Assembly: GCF_009914755.1 (NCBI RefSeq)
Contig: NC_060939.1
Strand: one strand, 5' to 3'
Source of the DNA: the human T2T-CHM13v2.0 reference genome, Homo sapiens
Length of the DNA stretch: 64,000 bases
In this document: one piece after another, positions 60,221-64,000 of the stretch
Layout of the letters: each line of letters starts with the position of its first letter
How positions within the stretch are numbered: position 1 is the stretch's first letter
Translations under genes and position numbers: made by a program
The notes under the pieces: generated by a model
What the model saw: the letters and a program-made list of their open reading frames with translations, nothing else
What the model was told of the DNA's origin: nothing
Database searches by the model: none

Positions 60221-61350
60221 TTGTTTTTAAAGCATGTCTTTTTTTCATATTTCTAGAATGTCCCTCCCTACTTATTAAGGATGCACTATAACCTTCAAAA
60301 TGCTTTCAAGCTTGCTGTGAAAATCTGAGCCCCTGAATGTTACATGTTGAGGTGGCATTAAAGATTATTTAGCTGAACTTCTTCATTGCACAGATGAAGA
60401 AACTGAGGCCTTGAGGAGGCAAGTAATATATCCGCAAAGAGGGGCGGTCCTGCCTGGGAAGATGAGCGACACATGGGTTTTCCGAGAAGCGACACATCTG
60501 AAGAGTGAAAGGTAATTTGTAAAACCTGTTGGGGAGAAACTTTTTCTCTGGTGCCTCTCTGCAGTGGTGATAAGGGTATTATAGATTTAGAAGCTTGAAA
60601 TGAGGAAGAGAAAGGATTTCTTTGGAAATCTTGTCTGAAACTGCCATAAATTTTAGAAACATCCAGTTGGAAAACACATCAAACATGTCCTTTCTGAAGC
60701 AGGTTGTCACATTTCATCACCACGGCTGGTTTTCTATTTCAGTCTCTGTCTCCTAAAGCAGCTGTATGCGGGCTGAAGTGAGATTCAGGACGTGAAACAG
60801 AGGATGACATGTGTTGCCTCAAGTTAGAAGCCTTTACCGAAAGGTTTAAAGGTCCTCTCTGTCTTTGTTTGCTTGTCTGTTTAAATAAGAACATACACTA
60901 TTCTCCCCAATGTCCTCCTTCCCCCATCCCTCTCAGCTCTTCCAGTCCATCAAAACTGACAGAATTTGAAAATGATGACCTCAGTCTAGTTTCTTGCCAG
61001 TAGTCATTCTTTATGCCAAAGCTGAATGTAGACACCTTATTTATCAGAAACTTTGGTGGATTAGATGGTAAAAATGTATTAAATTTATGCTTTCTGAATT
61101 TTGGGGGTTATTGTTTAGATTCCAGAATCATAATAGCAAGTTAAAGGAGCAAGAGAACAAAAGAAGCCAAACCATGCAAACAGCCCCAAAGTAGGGAAGG
61201 GGGTGAACATGCTATTAAACCCAAGTGCCCTACAAGTAGAAGGGGAGGATAACAAAGGATAAAACATGAAATTCCTAAATTACCTCAGTGTAATTTGTGG
61301 GAGATTGTGCCTTGGAATAGGAAAAATGTGAATTTTTAAAAAGTGGCCCC

Positions 61351-61456
61351 ATTTAAGTTTGGCAACCTCTTATCTGCAGTTACTCGCCCAGTGGCATGGG
61401 CTAATTTAAGTTTGGCAACCTCATATCTGGAGTTACTCGCCCAGTGGCATGGGCTA
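61351..61456. repeat. 53-bp tandem duplication (2 copies, 2 mismatches)
   Basis: 61351-61403 vs 61404-61456. Confidence 0.98.
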
Positions 61457-62559
61457 ACCTGTGAGGGGTGAGGCGCTGTCTTGGAAGTATTCCTGGAACC
61501 TGAGAGCCATTTGTTCACCCCAAGAACCACAAATCCAAAAACACACAGACAATCAAACAAAACCGTCTAGGTAGGGCTTTATTAAATGAGTAAAGAGGGC
61601 GTTGATTAATACACCTGGAAGGATGCATGTCCTCACACATAATCACCAGAACACAAGCATCTGTGAAATCTCTTCCTGCTCAGAGGATGAAGGCTCTCTC
61701 AGTGGCGTGGGTAGGAGTTCTCAGGCTCAGCATTTTGTCTGAATGCAGCATGAATAGAAGGCACTTACCGCAGGGGCACCCACCAGGTGCATCTGTGTGT
61801 AGCAGGATGGATGAATGGTTGAGTGAATATATAACTCACTGTCAGCCTGTAATAGCATCTAGTGACTGCTCTTCTGGGGTGGGTTCGTGCAAGTAACCCC
61901 ACAGGTACAAGTCTTTTATTTGGAGATCAGGAGGTCAGGAAGTAGCAATTGATCACAAAATGGTTTTCTCTGAAATCAGTTATTAAAAATAAACTGTTGC
62001 CATCACAAACTTTCTCATTTTAAGTGGAACTGACACTATGACCAAATAATTGGTCTTAATTGCAGGCTTGGTGTCAGATTTAATAAAACACTCAAACTGC
62101 AAATCCGTTAAAGATACAGCTAGTTCCTCTCTTTCACAAGATAGAACTTTCATATCCTTTAGTACCTGATAACTGTTGCTTGTATTTTTCTTTAATATGA
62201 TATTTCCTGCTTTTTAATAAAAGAGCTGTCATTTCTAATAAAAATTGAAAAAATCATCCAGGGAAATAACACAATCATTGGTATAATAAGCTGAAACATA
62301 CCGCATAAACATTCATCTTCAAAAACTTCAAATAGAAGCTTGACCCTAAGCTGGACATTGTGCTGGGTTTGTAACTTACCATGGAAAGTGGGAAAAAGAG
62401 TTGGAAAGAGTCCTCATCTCTGAGGTTCCTGAGGACCCCTTGTCTTCAGAAGGCCTCCCCCTTAACACGAATAGTGAATTTTTAAAATCTTAGCTGACTA
62501 GAAGCTAAGCACCCTTTCTATTTTTGAAGAAATGGAAATGGGCTCCTTCTTTTGTGATC

Positions 62560-63028
62560 ATAGGGTAGAGTGAATTTGCAATATTCTACACCTCCCTCAT
62601 TAGAATTATATACATCCAGGCCCTTTGTCTTGTGACTTTGCAGTGCCTCCCATTACAGTGAGGAGAGTGTATTTCTCTACTCTACTGATGTTGGGATTGG
62701 GCTCATGACTTGCTTTGGCCCATGGAATACAGGTGGAAGTGGTAGTATGCCAGTTTGGGGCCAGGGCCTCAAGAAGCATCATCATGTGTTTCAGCTTGTG
62801 CTCTTGCACTAATGACATTGTACACGAGAAAAACATGCCCCTTATAGTCTCTGGCCCAAGGAGGATGAGAGACACGTGGAGCACACTTGATCCAGACCTG
62901 TAGTCTGAAGCAGAGCTACCATAGCTCACCTGTAGTGAGACAGAAGAATAAATGCTTGTTGTTAAAAGCCCTTGAGTTTTGGGGTGGTTTGATATGCTGC
63001 ATTATTGTGGCAATAGCTGACTGTTACA
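62560..63028 (+). mobile_element. MLT1H-like MaLR LTR
   Basis: 'tgtgactttgcagtgcctccca', 'catgacttgctttggccc', 'aataaatgcttgttgtt', 'gtggcaatagctgactgttaca'. Confidence 0.85.
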
Positions 63029-63044
63029 GATATCTAGCAAGACA

Positions 63045-63432
63045 TAAGGTGGGCCTATGACCTAATTGTGGCCAATCAACTATTTCTGATTGAATCCTTA
63101 GAACTTGAAGGAGAGGGGGCCAGAGAGCCATTATTCCTAGTGGCTGTGACCAAGTTAGAGTCAAGGAGCATGGTACTGTTTAGGGGTAGCAAAGCCCTGC
63201 AGAGACATGGTTGATGGCTAGAGTCAACAGTGCTAGTGCTGGATCCTGAGCAGATTGTTCTTAGGGTAGGGTCTTCATTATGTTTCACTGCACTTAGTGT
63301 CCACTCACACCTTGTTTGCCGGGCTTTCTGTGATTCTTTGAGTTGCTCAATATCCTTTGGGTAAATTCCTTTTCTTCTTATGTTTACCAGTGATACCTTT
63401 CTTATTTGCAACCAAGAACCCTGACTAGTACA
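63045..63432 (+). mobile_element. Old MaLR LTR (MLT1K-N class)
   Basis: 'gggcctatgacctaattgtggccaatca'; end 'ttgcaaccaagaaccctgactagtaca'. Confidence 0.65.
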
Positions 63433-63559
63433 CCATGAATTGGGAAGCAACTTGGTTCTCTCATGATTATATCCCCTTTGCATAGCCACATAATACATGT
63501 AACACAGTCTTAGATTATCTCATGTAATCTTTCTAACACACCTATCCCTGGTAAAGCAG

Positions 63560-63825
63560 GGTGGTTCAGAGCTGGCATCTCACACTACAGGACTTGCTGT
63601 CTCTGCAAATTATCATCTTGTTGGGCAAATCACTTAACCTCCCTGTGCCTTAGTTTCCTCTTATCAAATTAGGGATAAAACAATACATACTATAAACAGT
63701 TTGTGTGCAGCTGAAAGGCATTTAAAATAATACCCATTCCATAAGTTCTCAATAAGTATTAACTGTATTAGCAGTAGAGATGATAATGATGAGATGATGA
63801 GATAATGAAGGTGATGATGATGACA
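63560..63825 (+). mobile_element. MIR with (GAT)n tail
   Basis: 'ttgggcaaatcacttaacctccctgtgccttagtttcctc'. Confidence 0.8.
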
Positions 63826-64000
63826 ATTGCTGTCATCTGTGATAGCAATGATTTGTGATGCTTGTTCTAACTCACACAGATGTAAGTGGTCTAGAGCTGG
63901 GATCTACCGTCTTCTCCCAGCTTTCCACCATTTCAAAGCTTTTTATGCATTAATATAATATAGTGGTTCTGAATCTTTTGTCCTGCCTAGCTCACGTGTC

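Overview
Primate (hominoid, probably human) non-coding genomic DNA, intergenic or intronic, with roughly half of it recognisable transposable elements. I see no protein-coding gene, tRNA, rRNA, CRISPR array or CpG island. The main elements are 13 full or near-full Alus plus fragments, a 5.6-kb 5'-truncated L1PA6/7-like element (minus strand, dead ORF1/ORF2), and a degenerate ERVL provirus (minus strand, gag-RT-RNaseH-IN-dUTPase plus a 3' LTR40-like LTR) carrying five younger insertions. There are also many MaLR LTRs (MLT1/MST), L2/MIR, old L1M fragments and hAT/Tigger DNA transposon relics. Repeat-free, motif-rich blocks at about 16.6-19.4 kb, 27.7-28.6 kb and 44-45 kb look like enhancers. The best novelty candidate is a well-bounded plus-strand exon (48236-48453) with a Kozak-optimal 34-codon ORF encoding a putative single-pass membrane micropeptide, too short for the supplied ORF track. 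Retrotransposition oddities include two twin-primed L1MA insertions, a chimeric L1 5' junction, a tiny retroposed polyadenylated 3' end, and an inverted copy of an Alu tail plus its TSD. Subfamily names come from my recollection of consensus sequences, not from a search. I cannot establish a new biological system from the sequence alone.
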